Below are positions 49,002 through 58,637 of a stretch of DNA of 64,000 bases, piece by piece. The notes below the pieces were generated by a model, which was given only the letters and a program-made list of their open reading frames with translations, was not told the DNA's origin and did not search any database. The stretch is taken from assembly GCA_016713625.1 (NCBI GenBank), contig JADJOT010000013.1, positions 110,051 through 174,050 of the forward strand, read 5' to 3'. Each line of letters starts with the position of its first letter. Position 1 is the stretch's first letter. The translations under genes and the position numbers were made by a program. This DNA comes from Candidatus Accumulibacter affinis (GTDB lineage Bacteria; Pseudomonadota; Gammaproteobacteria; Burkholderiales; Rhodocyclaceae).

Positions 49002-51002
49002 ATGTCCGCGATCTCCGTCCTCAATCCTCCGCAACGAGAAGCGATCCGCTACCTCGATGGGCCGCTGCTGGTCCTCGCCGGCGCCGGGTCGGGCAAGACA
49101 CGGGTAATCACCGAAAAGATTGTCTACCTGATCGGTTCCTGCGGCTTCAACCCGAGCAACATCGCCGCGATCACCTTCACCAACAAGGCGGCGCGCGAGA
49201 TGCAGGAGCGGGTAGCCAAGCTGCTCGTCGGCAAGCCTTCGCGGGGGCTGACCATCTCGACCTTCCACGCCCTCGGAGTGCGCATCCTGCGCGAGGAGGC
49301 CAGCGCACTCGGCTATAAGCCGAGCTTCTCGATCCTCGATTCGAGCGACTGTTTCGGCATCGTTTCGGAACTGGCCGGCAGCGTAGACAAGGCGACCATC
49401 CGCAGACTGCAATCGCTGATCTCGAACTGGAAGAGCGCCCTCGTCTCGCCGGAGCAAGCCCGGAAGATTGCGCAGAATGAAAGCGAAACCCTCGCCGCCA
49501 ACGCCTTCGCAAGCTATGCGGCTACCCTGCAGGCTTATCAGGCAGTCGATTTCGATGACCTGATTGGGCTCCCCGTGGCGCTCTTCACGAACCAGCCGGC
49601 AGTGCGCGAGAAATAGCAGAACCGCCTGCGCTATCTACTGATCGACGAGTACCAGGACACCAATGTCAGCCAGTACCAGTTGCTCCGCCTGCTGGCCGGA
49701 GCACGCGCAGCATTCACCGCGGTCGGCGACGACGATCAGGCGATCTATGGCTGGCGCGGTGCCGACATCGCCAATCTGCGCGGCCTGCCGCGCGATTACC
49801 CGAACCTCAAGGTCATCAAGCTCGAACAGAACTATCGCTCAACGATACGCATTCTCAAAGCAGCCAACGCCCTGATTTCGCACAACGAGAAACTTTTCGA
49901 CAAGCAACTCTGGTCGGACCTCGGGCATGGCGATCCGATCACCGTCAACACCTGTCCCGACAAGGAGAAGGAGGCCGAGTCGGTGGTGATGAAGTTGCAG
50001 GCGCACCGTTTTGCGCATCAGGGAACGTTCCGGGATTATGCGATCCTCTACCGCGGCAATTTCCAGGCGCGCGCTGTCGAGCAGTTCCTGCGCAAGCAGC
50101 GCATCCCCTATCTGTTGTCCGGCGGCCAGTCGTTCTTCGAGAAGTCCGAGATCAAGGACATCACCTCCTATCTGCGCCTGCTGGCCAACAATGACGACGA
50201 CCCGGCCTTCATCCGCGCCGTCAACACACCCCGGCGCGGCGTCGGCACCAGCACCTTGCAGGCACTCGGCAGCTATGCAGGCGAACGCCAGATCTCGCTC
50301 TTCGCTGCCGCTTTCGAGCAGGGTTTCGCCCAGCGCGTGCAGGCGCGCCAGCTATCGCCCTTGCTCGAGTTCTGCGATTTCATCCAGCGCCTGCAGGCAC
50401 GCGCTGGCAGCGAACCCGCCGCGCAGCTACTTGCCGGCCTGCTCGGCGCAACCGCCTACGAGGCCTGGTTGTACGATCAGGACGAGGCGCGCGTAGCGCA
50501 AGTGAAATGGGGAAACGTCCAGGAATTCTGCGACTGGTTGGGCAGGAAAGGCAGCGAGGAACAGAAGACGCTGCTCGAACTCACCCAGGCCATCGCGTTG
50601 ATCAGCATGCTCGACCACGAAGATCCTGACGTCGACGCCGTCCAGTTGTCGACGCTGCACGCTGCCAAGGGCCTGGAGTTCAAACATGTCTTCCTGATCG
50701 GTATCGAGGAAGGCGTTCTGCCACACCGCGAAGCCGAGGCAGAAAGCCGCATCGAGGAAGAGCGCCGCCTGATGTATGTCGGGATCACGCGTGCGCAACG
50801 GTCGCTGCACCTGAGCTATGCCGAGAAACGCCAGCAGGGTCGGGACGTGATTCCCTGTCAGGCATCGCGCTTCATCGGCGAGATGGGTAGCGAGGACCTG
50901 CGCTTTTTTGGTGGCAAGAACGAAACGCCGCCGGACAAGGCGACCAACGCCGAGCGCTTTTCGGCGCTCAAGGCAATGCTTGGCAAAGCGAAAGTCTCCT
51001 GA
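49002..51002 (+). pseudogene. rep: ATP-dependent DNA helicase Rep (UvrD/Rep superfamily 1) interrupted by one in-frame TAG at 49614..49616.
   Basis: ORFs 49002..49616 and 49680..51002 share one frame. The junction reads VREK*QNRLRYLLIDEYQDTN, against E. coli Rep VRQRWQQRFRYLLVDEYQDTN, so the stop replaces the conserved Trp (TGG to TAG). Walker A is AGAGSGKTRV, and motifs through VGITRAQ are intact. Confidence 0.85.
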
Positions 51003-51124
51003 AGCCAGCCGCCAGGCCGCTCCCCACGCGACCGGCAGTGCGCCAAGCCGACGTCCCGCCGAGGAAAGCAACTCACTCCCGGCCCGGACTTTGCCAGAAC
51101 CCTCGGGCGACGTTCTCAGGGACG

Positions 51125-51143
51125 GGAGGCTGGACCAGCCTCC
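51125..51143. terminator. Short GC hairpin (GGAGGCTG-GAC-CAGCCTCC) between the convergent rep and cytochrome c5 genes.
   Basis: The inverted repeat was read directly. There is no clear U-tract. Confidence 0.3.
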
Positions 51144-51166
51144 TCCCACTTCGGATCAGAACAACT

Positions 51167-51613
51167 CTACTTGGAAAGATTGACCAGGTGCTCCACTGCA
51201 GCCTTGATCTCGCCGTCGGTCAAGTCGGGACTGCCACCCTTTGCCGGCATCGCATTCTTGCCGTTCGTCACGCTCGTGATCAACGCGGCGGTGCCGGTGG
51301 CAATTCGCGGCGCCCAGGCGGCCTTGTCGCCCGCTTTCGGTGCGCCGGCTGCACCACTGGCGTGGCAGGCCATGCAAACCGAGTTATAGACCGTGGCGCC
51401 GTCACGCGGCTTGCCGTCGCTCTTGGCCGCAGCCGCCTTCGCCAGTTCCAGCCTGGCCACCGGTTGTATGCGCAGGTCGACCTCATCGCCGCTGCCGGTC
51501 TTGACGCTGCCTTTTCCAATCATCGAAAGCGGCCAGATGACGATAATCAGAACGATCGCCACAACGATGGTGATGATCAGAGTCAACCGTGAAGAGTTTT
51601 GTTGTTGAGCCAT
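51167..51613 (-). CDS. Membrane-anchored cytochrome c5-family monohaem cytochrome.
   Basis: An N-terminal TM helix (LTLIITIVVAIVLIIVIWPL) is followed by the CMACH haem-binding motif and then ...KNAMPAKGG... (the Met ligand region). Confidence 0.85.
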   Translation of the reverse strand: MAQQQNSSRLTLIITIVVAIVLIIVIWPLSMIGKGSVKTGSGDEVDLRIQPVARLELAKAAAAKSDGKPRDGATVYNSVCMACHASGAAGAPKAGDKAAWAPRIATGTAALITSVTNGKNAMPAKGGSPDLTDGEIKAAVEHLVNLSK

Positions 51614-51732
51614 GCCAAATCCTTAGTGGTCTGCGCGTTAGATAGCGGATTGTACCGCCGTTTCGCATTGCCCAAAAGCCCCGGGGAGAGTGGACTAGCC
51701 AGTGCAAAGCGGTTAAGCTTCCGCCTCTGCAC

Positions 51733-51809
51733 GCGCCCGTAGCTCAGTTGGATAGAGTACTGCCCTCCGAAGGCAGGGGTCGGACGTTCGAATCGTCTCG
51801 GGCGTGCCA
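51733..51809 (+). tRNA. tRNA-Arg (anticodon CCG).
   Basis: Hand-folded cloverleaf of 77 nt: acceptor GCGCCCG/CGGGCGT, D arm GCTC...GAGT, anticodon arm CTGCC-CTCCGAA-GGCAG (anticodon CCG), T arm GGACG-TTCGAAT-CGTCT, and an encoded CCA. Confidence 0.9.
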
Positions 51810-52527
51810 TGAATTCACTGACTTCAGTTGCCGGGTCATGCGAATCATCCCGATGGGCCGCCACGCTACGTCGTACGTCCGCGAGGTGTGCGCGCCTCCA
51901 GGCGTCGGCCTGGAAAAGCGAGGGACGCGGACATTCCACAGCCCTCGCTATTATTGTTCTGGAGGCGAGCGGCGTACTAGCGGCGCGTGATCGGGATCTG
52001 GACCTCCTCGGGGTCATCGTGGTCGCGGCGATCACAGCCATCGGAGGAGGTACCCTTCGCGATCTCCTCCTGGACCGCCACCCCATTTTCTGGGTCACCG
52101 ATGCCCGGTACCTCGTCGTCATCATCGCATCCGCCATGTTGACGTTCGCATATGTACGGGTCTGGCCACCGCCGAGTGCCACACTCCTCGTGGCCGATGC
52201 CCTGGGACTAGCGCTTTTCGCGCTTTCTGGGGCCCAATTGGCGGAAGCGGTGCAGTGCCCACCGCTCATCGTGGTGCTGATGGGCACGATGACTGGCGTT
52301 ACCGGAGGTGTCTTGAGGGACGTCATCACGGCGCAGGTCCCGCTTATCCTGCAGCGGGAGATCTATGCGACGGCCGCGCCATCGTGGGAGTCGCTGTGTA
52401 CCTGACTTTGCACGCGCTCGGGATGCCACGTGCACCGGCATTTTGGGCCGGAATGATCGTGGTGGTGGCGATGCGCTTACTTGCCATCCGATGGGGCCTG
52501 CACCTACCCGTCTTCCGCAAATTCTAG
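51809..52527 (+). pseudogene. UPF0126 (YadS/YicG-type, TRIC-like) membrane protein gene with a 1-nt frameshift near 52372..52381 and an atypical N-terminus.
   Basis: The first frame reads ...ASGVLAARDRDLDLLGVIVVAAITAIGGGTLRDLLLDRHPIFWV...MTGVTGGVLRDVITAQVPLILQREIYATAA. It then stops, while the -1 frame (ORF 52255..52527) continues IVGVAVYLTL...MRLLAIRWGLHLPVF, matching the YadS C-terminus. The sequence upstream of the first helix is non-hydrophobic and starts inside the tRNA CCA. Confidence 0.65.
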
Positions 52528-52550
52528 CAGCCGGCGGCCATTCGATTCAT

Positions 52551-53180
52551 TTACGGCCGGAGCGAGCAGGGAAAGATCCCGGCTTCGGTGACCACCGCGT
52601 CCAGTCGCTGGTCGTGCGGCTCGGGCCCGATCGACTCCAGCCGCGACAGTTCGAAGCCGACGCCGACCGCTAGCGGGCGCGGGCAGAGCGAAGCCAGCGT
52701 TCGGTCGAAATAGCCGCCACCGTAGCCGAGGCGATAGCCGGCGGCGTCGAAGCCATTGACCGGCATCAGCAGGACCTGTGGGATCAGGAAATCGCCCGCC
52801 GCCGGAGCCGGTATGCCATAGCGGTCGGGCATCAGCAGCGTGTCTGGCAACCAGGCGCGAAAGGCGAGGGTCTGGCTTTCGTCGATCACTACCGGCAGCA
52901 GCGCCGCGAAGCCTTCCCTGCCCTCGTTCGCCCAGCTGGTGAGCAGAGGCCGCAGGTCGGGCTCATTGTTGAACGGCCAGCAGAAACCGACTCGCATGCC
53001 CGGAAGCTGTGGAAAACCAGACTGCAGTAGCGCACAGATTCGGCTGGAGTGGCGAATCCACTCGTCTGCCGGCAAGGCCCGCCGGCGTTCGAGCAGCGTC
53101 TTGCGCAGAGTGCGCCGGTCGGCAACGCCGGGGCTGACGAGGTTTTCGGCAACTATTCCAGGCGTCAACGGGGCAGCCAT
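52551..53180 (-). CDS. 5-formyltetrahydrofolate cyclo-ligase.
   Basis: Contains LRKTLLERRRAL...LLMPVNGFDAAGYRLGYGGGYFDRTL, the characteristic 5-FCL motif. Confidence 0.85.
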   Translation of the reverse strand: MAAPLTPGIVAENLVSPGVADRRTLRKTLLERRRALPADEWIRHSSRICALLQSGFPQLPGMRVGFCWPFNNEPDLRPLLTSWANEGREGFAALLPVVIDESQTLAFRAWLPDTLLMPDRYGIPAPAAGDFLIPQVLLMPVNGFDAAGYRLGYGGGYFDRTLASLCPRPLAVGVGFELSRLESIGPEPHDQRLDAVVTEAGIFPCSLRP

Positions 53181-53223
53181 GTGATATGCTCAAAACCGGT
53201 TTTTTCGAGAAGTCCAGCTTACC

Positions 53224-55167
53224 ATGAAGTTCCGCCACGCGATCCTGCTCATCCTCCTCCACCTGTTTCTGGCGCCGGTCACGACCTTCGCGCTGACCGT
53301 CGATGAACAATTCCTGGCTGCACGCGATGCGGTTCGCGCCGGCGACAGAGCCAAGCTGGAACGTCTGGCGACGTCGCTGCAAGGCTACGAACTGGAGGCC
53401 TACGTCGAGTACTGGACGCTTCTCCTTGATCTCAAGGAGACCGACCCGGCGACGGTCCGGGCTTTTTTTGGCCGCCATGCAAACACCTACGTTGCGGAAA
53501 AATTGCGCATAGACTGGCTTCGCCAGCTCGGCAGGAAGCAGCAATGGGAACTTTTTGACAGCGAGTATCCGCGGCTGGCACAGCCCGATCAGGAACTGGC
53601 CTGCTATGCGCTGCAGAGCCGACGCGCGCAGGGTGACGCACGTGCCCTTGACGACGCCTTGCCGCTATGGCTCACCCTTCTCGAACCGCCCGAGGCCTGC
53701 TACCCGCTACTGGAAGCGCTGATCGTCGAAAAGCGGGTGCTGGCCGATGCAGTTTGGGCGCGCATCCGGCGCCAGTTCGAGGCCAACAAGATTGCGGCGG
53801 CTATCTACACGATGAATTACCTGCCCGCCAGCCAGATGCCGGACAAGAAGCTGGCGCAGACGATCGCGGATGCGCCGTTGCCCTGGCTGAGCAAGTTACC
53901 AAGCGATTTCTCCGGCAATCGCGCGCAACGGGAACTGGCGGCACTGGCCATCCAGCGCGTGGCGCGCAACGATCCACGTATGGCGGCAGATCAACTCGAG
54001 CGAATCTCCGGATCGCTGAAGGGCGGTGAAAAGGCCTGGGCATGGAGTCAGATCGGCTGGCAGGCCGCACAGCGGCACCTGCCGGAGGCGATGGAATGGT
54101 ACCGGCAGGCCGGCGACACACCGCTTTCGGACGAGGCAGCCGAGTGGAAGGTGCGCGCCGCCCTGCGTGTGCAGGACTGGGGCAGTGTCCGGGCAACGAT
54201 CGAGAAAATGCCGCCGGCTCTCGCCGCGCAGCCAGCCTGGGTGTACTGGCTGGGTCGCGCGTACCGCGCTGGCGGCCGGCTTGAAGAGGCCAACGCGCTG
54301 TTCGCCAGAATCGCTGGACAGCCGGATTTCTACGGTAGCCTGGCCAACGATGAGCTCGGCCGCACCACCATGAGCCCACCCAAGGCGTCACCACCGAGTC
54401 GGGAGGAGCTGGCGCAAGTCAGTGCCAACCCAGGCGTACAGCGTGCACAGGCCTTCTTTCGCCTGAACATGCGTACGGAAGGCGTCAGGGAATGGAGCTG
54501 GGCTCTGCGCAACATGAGCGATCGTGAACTTCTGGCGGCCTCCGAGATTGCCGTGCGCTCGGGCAATTACGATCGTGCGATCGCTGCTGCCGACCGCACC
54601 CGCAATGAGCACGACTACTCGCTGCGTTACCTGGCGCCGTATGGCGACCAGGTGCGGCCGGCGGCGCGCAATCAGGCGCTCGACGACGCCTGGGTGTACG
54701 GGCTGATGCGCCAGGAGAGCCGTTTCATCAGCAGCGCCAAGTCGAATGTCGGCGCTTCCGGCCTGATGCAGCTGATGCCGGCAACCGCCAAATGGGTGGC
54801 CAACAAGATCGGCCTCAAGGATTTTAGCCAGAGTCGGGTCAACGACACCGAAACCAACGTCTTGCTGGGCACCACCTATATGCGCCTGGTCCTCGAAAGC
54901 CTCGACAACCACCCGGTACTGGCGTCGGCTGCCTACAACGCCGGCCCGGGGCGAGCACGCCGCTGGCGTGCCGATCGACCGCTGGAGGGCGCCATCTACG
55001 CGGAAACCATCCCCTTCAACGAGACTCGCGACTACGTAAAAAAGGTGATGAGCAACTCCGTCTATTACGCAGCCCTCTTCGATGGCAAACCACAAACCCT
55101 CAAGAGCCGGCTCGGCGTCATTGCGCCGCGCACCGGCGGCGAGTCCAAGGTTGAGGATTTGCCTTAA
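53224..55167 (+). CDS. slt: Soluble lytic murein transglycosylase (Slt70-like).
   Basis: A signal peptide is followed by a superhelical U-domain. The C-terminal SLT domain reads GLMRQESRF...ASGLMQLMPATA...AAYNAGPGRARRW. Confidence 0.9.
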   Translation: MKFRHAILLILLHLFLAPVTTFALTVDEQFLAARDAVRAGDRAKLERLATSLQGYELEAYVEYWTLLLDLKETDPATVRAFFGRHANTYVAEKLRIDWLRQLGRKQQWELFDSEYPRLAQPDQELACYALQSRRAQGDARALDDALPLWLTLLEPPEACYPLLEALIVEKRVLADAVWARIRRQFEANKIAAAIYTMNYLPASQMPDKKLAQTIADAPLPWLSKLPSDFSGNRAQRELAALAIQRVARNDPRMAADQLERISGSLKGGEKAWAWSQIGWQAAQRHLPEAMEWYRQAGDTPLSDEAAEWKVRAALRVQDWGSVRATIEKMPPALAAQPAWVYWLGRAYRAGGRLEEANALFARIAGQPDFYGSLANDELGRTTMSPPKASPPSREELAQVSANPGVQRAQAFFRLNMRTEGVREWSWALRNMSDRELLAASEIAVRSGNYDRAIAAADRTRNEHDYSLRYLAPYGDQVRPAARNQALDDAWVYGLMRQESRFISSAKSNVGASGLMQLMPATAKWVANKIGLKDFSQSRVNDTETNVLLGTTYMRLVLESLDNHPVLASAAYNAGPGRARRWRADRPLEGAIYAETIPFNETRDYVKKVMSNSVYYAALFDGKPQTLKSRLGVIAPRTGGESKVEDLP

Positions 55168-55207
55168 AATGACGGTTTTTCGATACTTAATTCACCGGTA
55201 GGACGCT

Positions 55208-56173
55208 ATGGAACTCGAGAACGTGCTGTTGATTGGCGGGAGTGGTTTTGTCGGCGGTTGGATTGCCAGCTGCCTATCGGAACGAGGCGTCCGGGTGACC
55301 ATACCGACTCGCCACCGCGACAACACCAAGAAGCTGATCATGCTGCCCATGGTCAGCATGATCGAGGCCAACGTGCACGATTCGCTGACCCTCGCTGCGC
55401 TGATGCAGGGTCAGGATGCCGTGATCAACCTGGTCGGCATTCTGCACGACAGCGATTCGCGACTGCCTTATGGCAAGGGTTTTGCGGCCGCGCACAGCGA
55501 ACTGCCGGGAAAGATCATCGCCGCCATGCGGCAAAGCGGAGTTCGCCGTCTGGCGCACATGAGCGCGCTGCAGGCAAGCATCAAGGGCCCGTCGGAGTAC
55601 CTCCGCTCGAAAGGCGAAGGCGAGGCGCTGGTCCGTGCCGCCATGCCTGATCTGGATATCACGATTTTTCGTCCGTCGGTCATCTTTGGTCCCGATGACG
55701 CCTTTCTCAACATGTTTGCCAAGCTGATCAGGCTTTTCCCGATTCTGCCGCTTGGCGGCGGCGCGGCGCGTTTCCAGCCGGTCTATGTCGGAGACGTCGC
55801 CAGGGCCTTTGCCGACTGCCTCAGCGACTGCAGCACCGTCGGGCAGACTTACGACCTTGGCGGGCCGGAGATCTACACCCTGCGTGAAATGGTCGAGTAC
55901 ACCGCACAACTGGTCGGCAAGTCGCCGCGCATCATCGACCTCGGAACCGGTGGCTGGGCTTATCTGCAGGCCGGCCTGCTGTGGCTGCTGCCAAACCCGC
56001 CGCTGTCGCCCGATAACCTACGTTCGATGGAAGTCGATAGCGTCACCGACGGCTCGCACGACTATCCCGGCTGGCAGCCAACGGCACTCGAAGCCATCGC
56101 GCCGACCTATCTTTCAGCGACCGAGATGACTCAGATCCGCCTCGACCGCTTTCGCTATCGCGCTGGTCGCTGA
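55208..56173 (+). CDS. NAD(P)H-binding NDUFA9-like / NmrA-like SDR-family protein.
   Basis: Contains VLLIGGSGFVGGWIA (Rossmann GxxGxxG), ...FRPSVIFGP... and ...YTLREMVEY. Confidence 0.8.
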   Translation: MELENVLLIGGSGFVGGWIASCLSERGVRVTIPTRHRDNTKKLIMLPMVSMIEANVHDSLTLAALMQGQDAVINLVGILHDSDSRLPYGKGFAAAHSELPGKIIAAMRQSGVRRLAHMSALQASIKGPSEYLRSKGEGEALVRAAMPDLDITIFRPSVIFGPDDAFLNMFAKLIRLFPILPLGGGAARFQPVYVGDVARAFADCLSDCSTVGQTYDLGGPEIYTLREMVEYTAQLVGKSPRIIDLGTGGWAYLQAGLLWLLPNPPLSPDNLRSMEVDSVTDGSHDYPGWQPTALEAIAPTYLSATEMTQIRLDRFRYRAGR

Positions 56174-56209
56174 ACGAACTGGCTGCGCGGACTGCTGGTC
56201 GCGGCGAGC

Positions 56210-57433
56210 ATGCAGATCTTCACGGTTGGTGGCGCGATTCGCGACGAACTGCTGGGTCTGCCGGTCAAGGATCGCGACTACGTCGTCGTCGGCGCATCGC
56301 CCGAGGAAATGCTGGCGCGTGGTTTCCGGCCGGTGGGCAAGGATTTCCCGGTTTTCCTGCATCCGCACTCGCACGAGGAATATGCGCTGGCACGCACCGA
56401 GCGCAAGACCAGCCATGGCTACCATGGCTTCGCTTTTCATACCACTCCCGCAGTTACCCTGGCCGAGGATCTGGCGCGCCGTGATCTGACGATCAACGCC
56501 ATGGCACGTGCTGCCGATGGCTCGCTGATTGACCCATTTCACGGCCTCGACGACCTTGGCGCACGCGTCCTGCGGCATGTCGGCCCGGCTTTCCAGGAGG
56601 ACCCGGTTCGCGTTCTGCGCCTTGCCCGTTTTGCGGCGCGGTTTCCGGAGTTCACGGTTGCGCCGGAAACGGTGGCACTGATGCGCAGCATGGTGGACAA
56701 GGGCGAACTCGATCATCTGGTTGCTGAACGCGTCTGGCAGGAGTTGGCCAGGGGCCTGATGGAAGACCGACCCGCACGGATGTTCGAAGTCCTCCGTGAC
56801 GGCGGCGCCCTGGCCCGTCTGCTGCCCGAGATCGAGCGGCTGTATGGGGTGGCCCAACGCGCCGACTATCATCCCGAAGTCGATACCGGGGTGCATGTGA
56901 TGATGGTCGTCGACCAGGCGGCCCAACGCGGCTGTGTGCTGCCGGTGCGCTGGGCGGCGTTGTTGCACGATCTTGGCAAGGGCACGACACCAGACGCCGA
57001 CCTGCCGCGTCATCCGGGCCACGAGGCACGCAGCGTCAAGCTCGCCGGCGAAGTCTGTGCGCGCCTCAAGGTCCCGTCAGACTGCCGCGATCTCGCTCTG
57101 CTGGTGGCTCGCTACCATGGCGACGTTCATCGCGGTGACGAGCTGACGGCAGCCACGATGGTCAGAATTCTCGAAAACACCGACGCCCTGCGCCGGCCCG
57201 GCCGCTTCGAGCAATTGCTGGAGGCCTGCGCCTGCGATTTCCACGGCCGCCTCGGCTGGCAGGAGATTCCCTACCGCGCGCCGGCACTCTTCCGGCAGGC
57301 GCTGACCGCGGTCCGCAGCGTCGACGCGGCCAGCATTGCCGGTGGCTGCCACGATCGCACGCAGATTGCTGCACGCCTGCACGAGGCGCGCGTCGCAGCG
57401 GTCAAGCGGGCGCTGCCGATGGCAGCGATGTGA
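56210..57433 (+). CDS. cca: Multifunctional CCA-adding tRNA nucleotidyltransferase with an HD domain.
   Basis: Contains MQIFTVGGAIRDELLGLPVKDRDYVVVG...RDLTINAMA, followed by an HD region (LLHDLGKG). Confidence 0.92.
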   Translation: MQIFTVGGAIRDELLGLPVKDRDYVVVGASPEEMLARGFRPVGKDFPVFLHPHSHEEYALARTERKTSHGYHGFAFHTTPAVTLAEDLARRDLTINAMARAADGSLIDPFHGLDDLGARVLRHVGPAFQEDPVRVLRLARFAARFPEFTVAPETVALMRSMVDKGELDHLVAERVWQELARGLMEDRPARMFEVLRDGGALARLLPEIERLYGVAQRADYHPEVDTGVHVMMVVDQAAQRGCVLPVRWAALLHDLGKGTTPDADLPRHPGHEARSVKLAGEVCARLKVPSDCRDLALLVARYHGDVHRGDELTAATMVRILENTDALRRPGRFEQLLEACACDFHGRLGWQEIPYRAPALFRQALTAVRSVDAASIAGGCHDRTQIAARLHEARVAAVKRALPMAAM

Positions 57434-57475
57434 GGCGCGGTGGGTCGCGGGCGAGCGAATCCCGGGGCTTTACGC

Positions 57476-58549
57476 TCATTCGGCAGCGCGAAAGCCTGGT
57501 GTAGGGGGCATCAACGTGCATTCCGGATAGGCCTGACCGGCGACGACCACGCTGGCGCGTTCGGCTTTTGACCAGAACGTCGAACGATCGTCGCTGACCC
57601 CGACGTAGCGTGCGCCCGATGCGGCGGCCACCGGGCGCAGGGCGACGCTTTGGTCACCCGCATTGAGTTGCCACTTGTCGCCACGCTGCGTCAGCACCAC
57701 CCGCTGACCACCGCAGCGATAGGTGAGCGTCGAATCAACGCTCGCGACTGGAGCCATGGTCACCGCAGACCCGCTGTCTGCCGCCGAGAGACTGAGTGCC
57801 AGAGCCCCGGCGGCGGTGCGCAGTTCCAGCCGATCGCCATCCAGCTGCCAGGTGGCTGCGCTGGCGAGTGCGCGCAGGAAGCGTCCTTCCTGTTCCATCA
57901 CTCCGTCCGGCTGAGCACATGTCCTGCGCGTAGCGGCGGCCTCGCCGATACGGATCTTCTGGCTCGAAGTCGAATACGTCGCATGGTAATGGTTGCAGCC
58001 GGCAAAGCCCGAGACATTCCCGCTGGCAGCGAAACCGACCGTCAGATCGCTACCAGAGAGCAGGCTCACCACCGCCTGCTTGCCGTTGTTGTAGCCAGTC
58101 ACCCGCCAGAGGGTGGCAGCCAGTTCGCGCGGTTGATCGCGCAGCGTGGCGAGAGTGCGGCCATCGGCGTCGAGCAGGGTCAGTTGCCGGCTGTCCTTGC
58201 GAAAGGCGGCGCTGCGGGTGAGCGCGTTGCTAAACGCATCGGCCTGGCGCATGACCGGCTCAGGGCAGGCCATTCGCGTCGAGGCGAGTGGGCCCACAAC
58301 GCGCAGCTTCTCTCCTGTGGCGGTATAGCTGCCGGAGTAACGATTACAGCCATCGCCGCCGTGGACCTTGCCGTCGGCAAAATGCAGCGTCACCCGCTGC
58401 CCGCTGAGCGGCTCCTCTCCGGACAGTGTCGACAGGACCCAGCTGCTGTCGTTGAGCACGTCGGCGCTGCCGGACGCAGCGGCGCCAGTACCGGCCAGGA
58501 GCATCTGACCGGTGATCAGCGAACCCGCGAGGAGCTTCCAGTTCTGCAT
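57476..58549 (-). CDS. Secreted protein with two META (HslJ-like) domains fused to a C-terminal MliC-like lysozyme-inhibitor domain.
   Basis: ATG 58549 follows GGAGAAGG. A signal peptide is followed by two copies of ...GGDGCNRYSGSY.../...FAGCNHYHATYS... (META). The tail reads TYRCGGQRVVL...ASGARYVG...FWSKAERASVVV...C (MliC-like). The track ORF is over-extended to 58687. Confidence 0.7.
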   Translation of the reverse strand: MQNWKLLAGSLITGQMLLAGTGAAASGSADVLNDSSWVLSTLSGEEPLSGQRVTLHFADGKVHGGDGCNRYSGSYTATGEKLRVVGPLASTRMACPEPVMRQADAFSNALTRSAAFRKDSRQLTLLDADGRTLATLRDQPRELAATLWRVTGYNNGKQAVVSLLSGSDLTVGFAASGNVSGFAGCNHYHATYSTSSQKIRIGEAAATRRTCAQPDGVMEQEGRFLRALASAATWQLDGDRLELRTAAGALALSLSAADSGSAVTMAPVASVDSTLTYRCGGQRVVLTQRGDKWQLNAGDQSVALRPVAAASGARYVGVSDDRSTFWSKAERASVVVAGQAYPECTLMPPTPGFRAAE

Positions 58550-58637
58550 TGCCTTCTCCGTTACTGATGGATTGCGATGTGCCAGGTCGTTGCGCCCGCG
58601 CGCTGGCCTCGCGATCCTGCCAGGCAGCGACCGCGGC

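Noticed and set aside
49614-49616. The TAG in rep as a recoded codon (pyrrolysine) or the start of a separate gene.
   Set aside because: There are no pyl genes or PYLIS-like context in the window. The codon replaces a conserved Trp by a single transition. The downstream 'ORF' only starts at an in-frame TTG and lacks an RBS.
53181-53223. A 6S RNA (ssrS) might be expected upstream of the 5-formyltetrahydrofolate cyclo-ligase gene, as in E. coli ssrS-ygfA.
   Set aside because: Only 43 nt separate the 5-FCL start from the divergent slt start, and slt begins with a genuine signal peptide. There is no room for a roughly 180-nt RNA.
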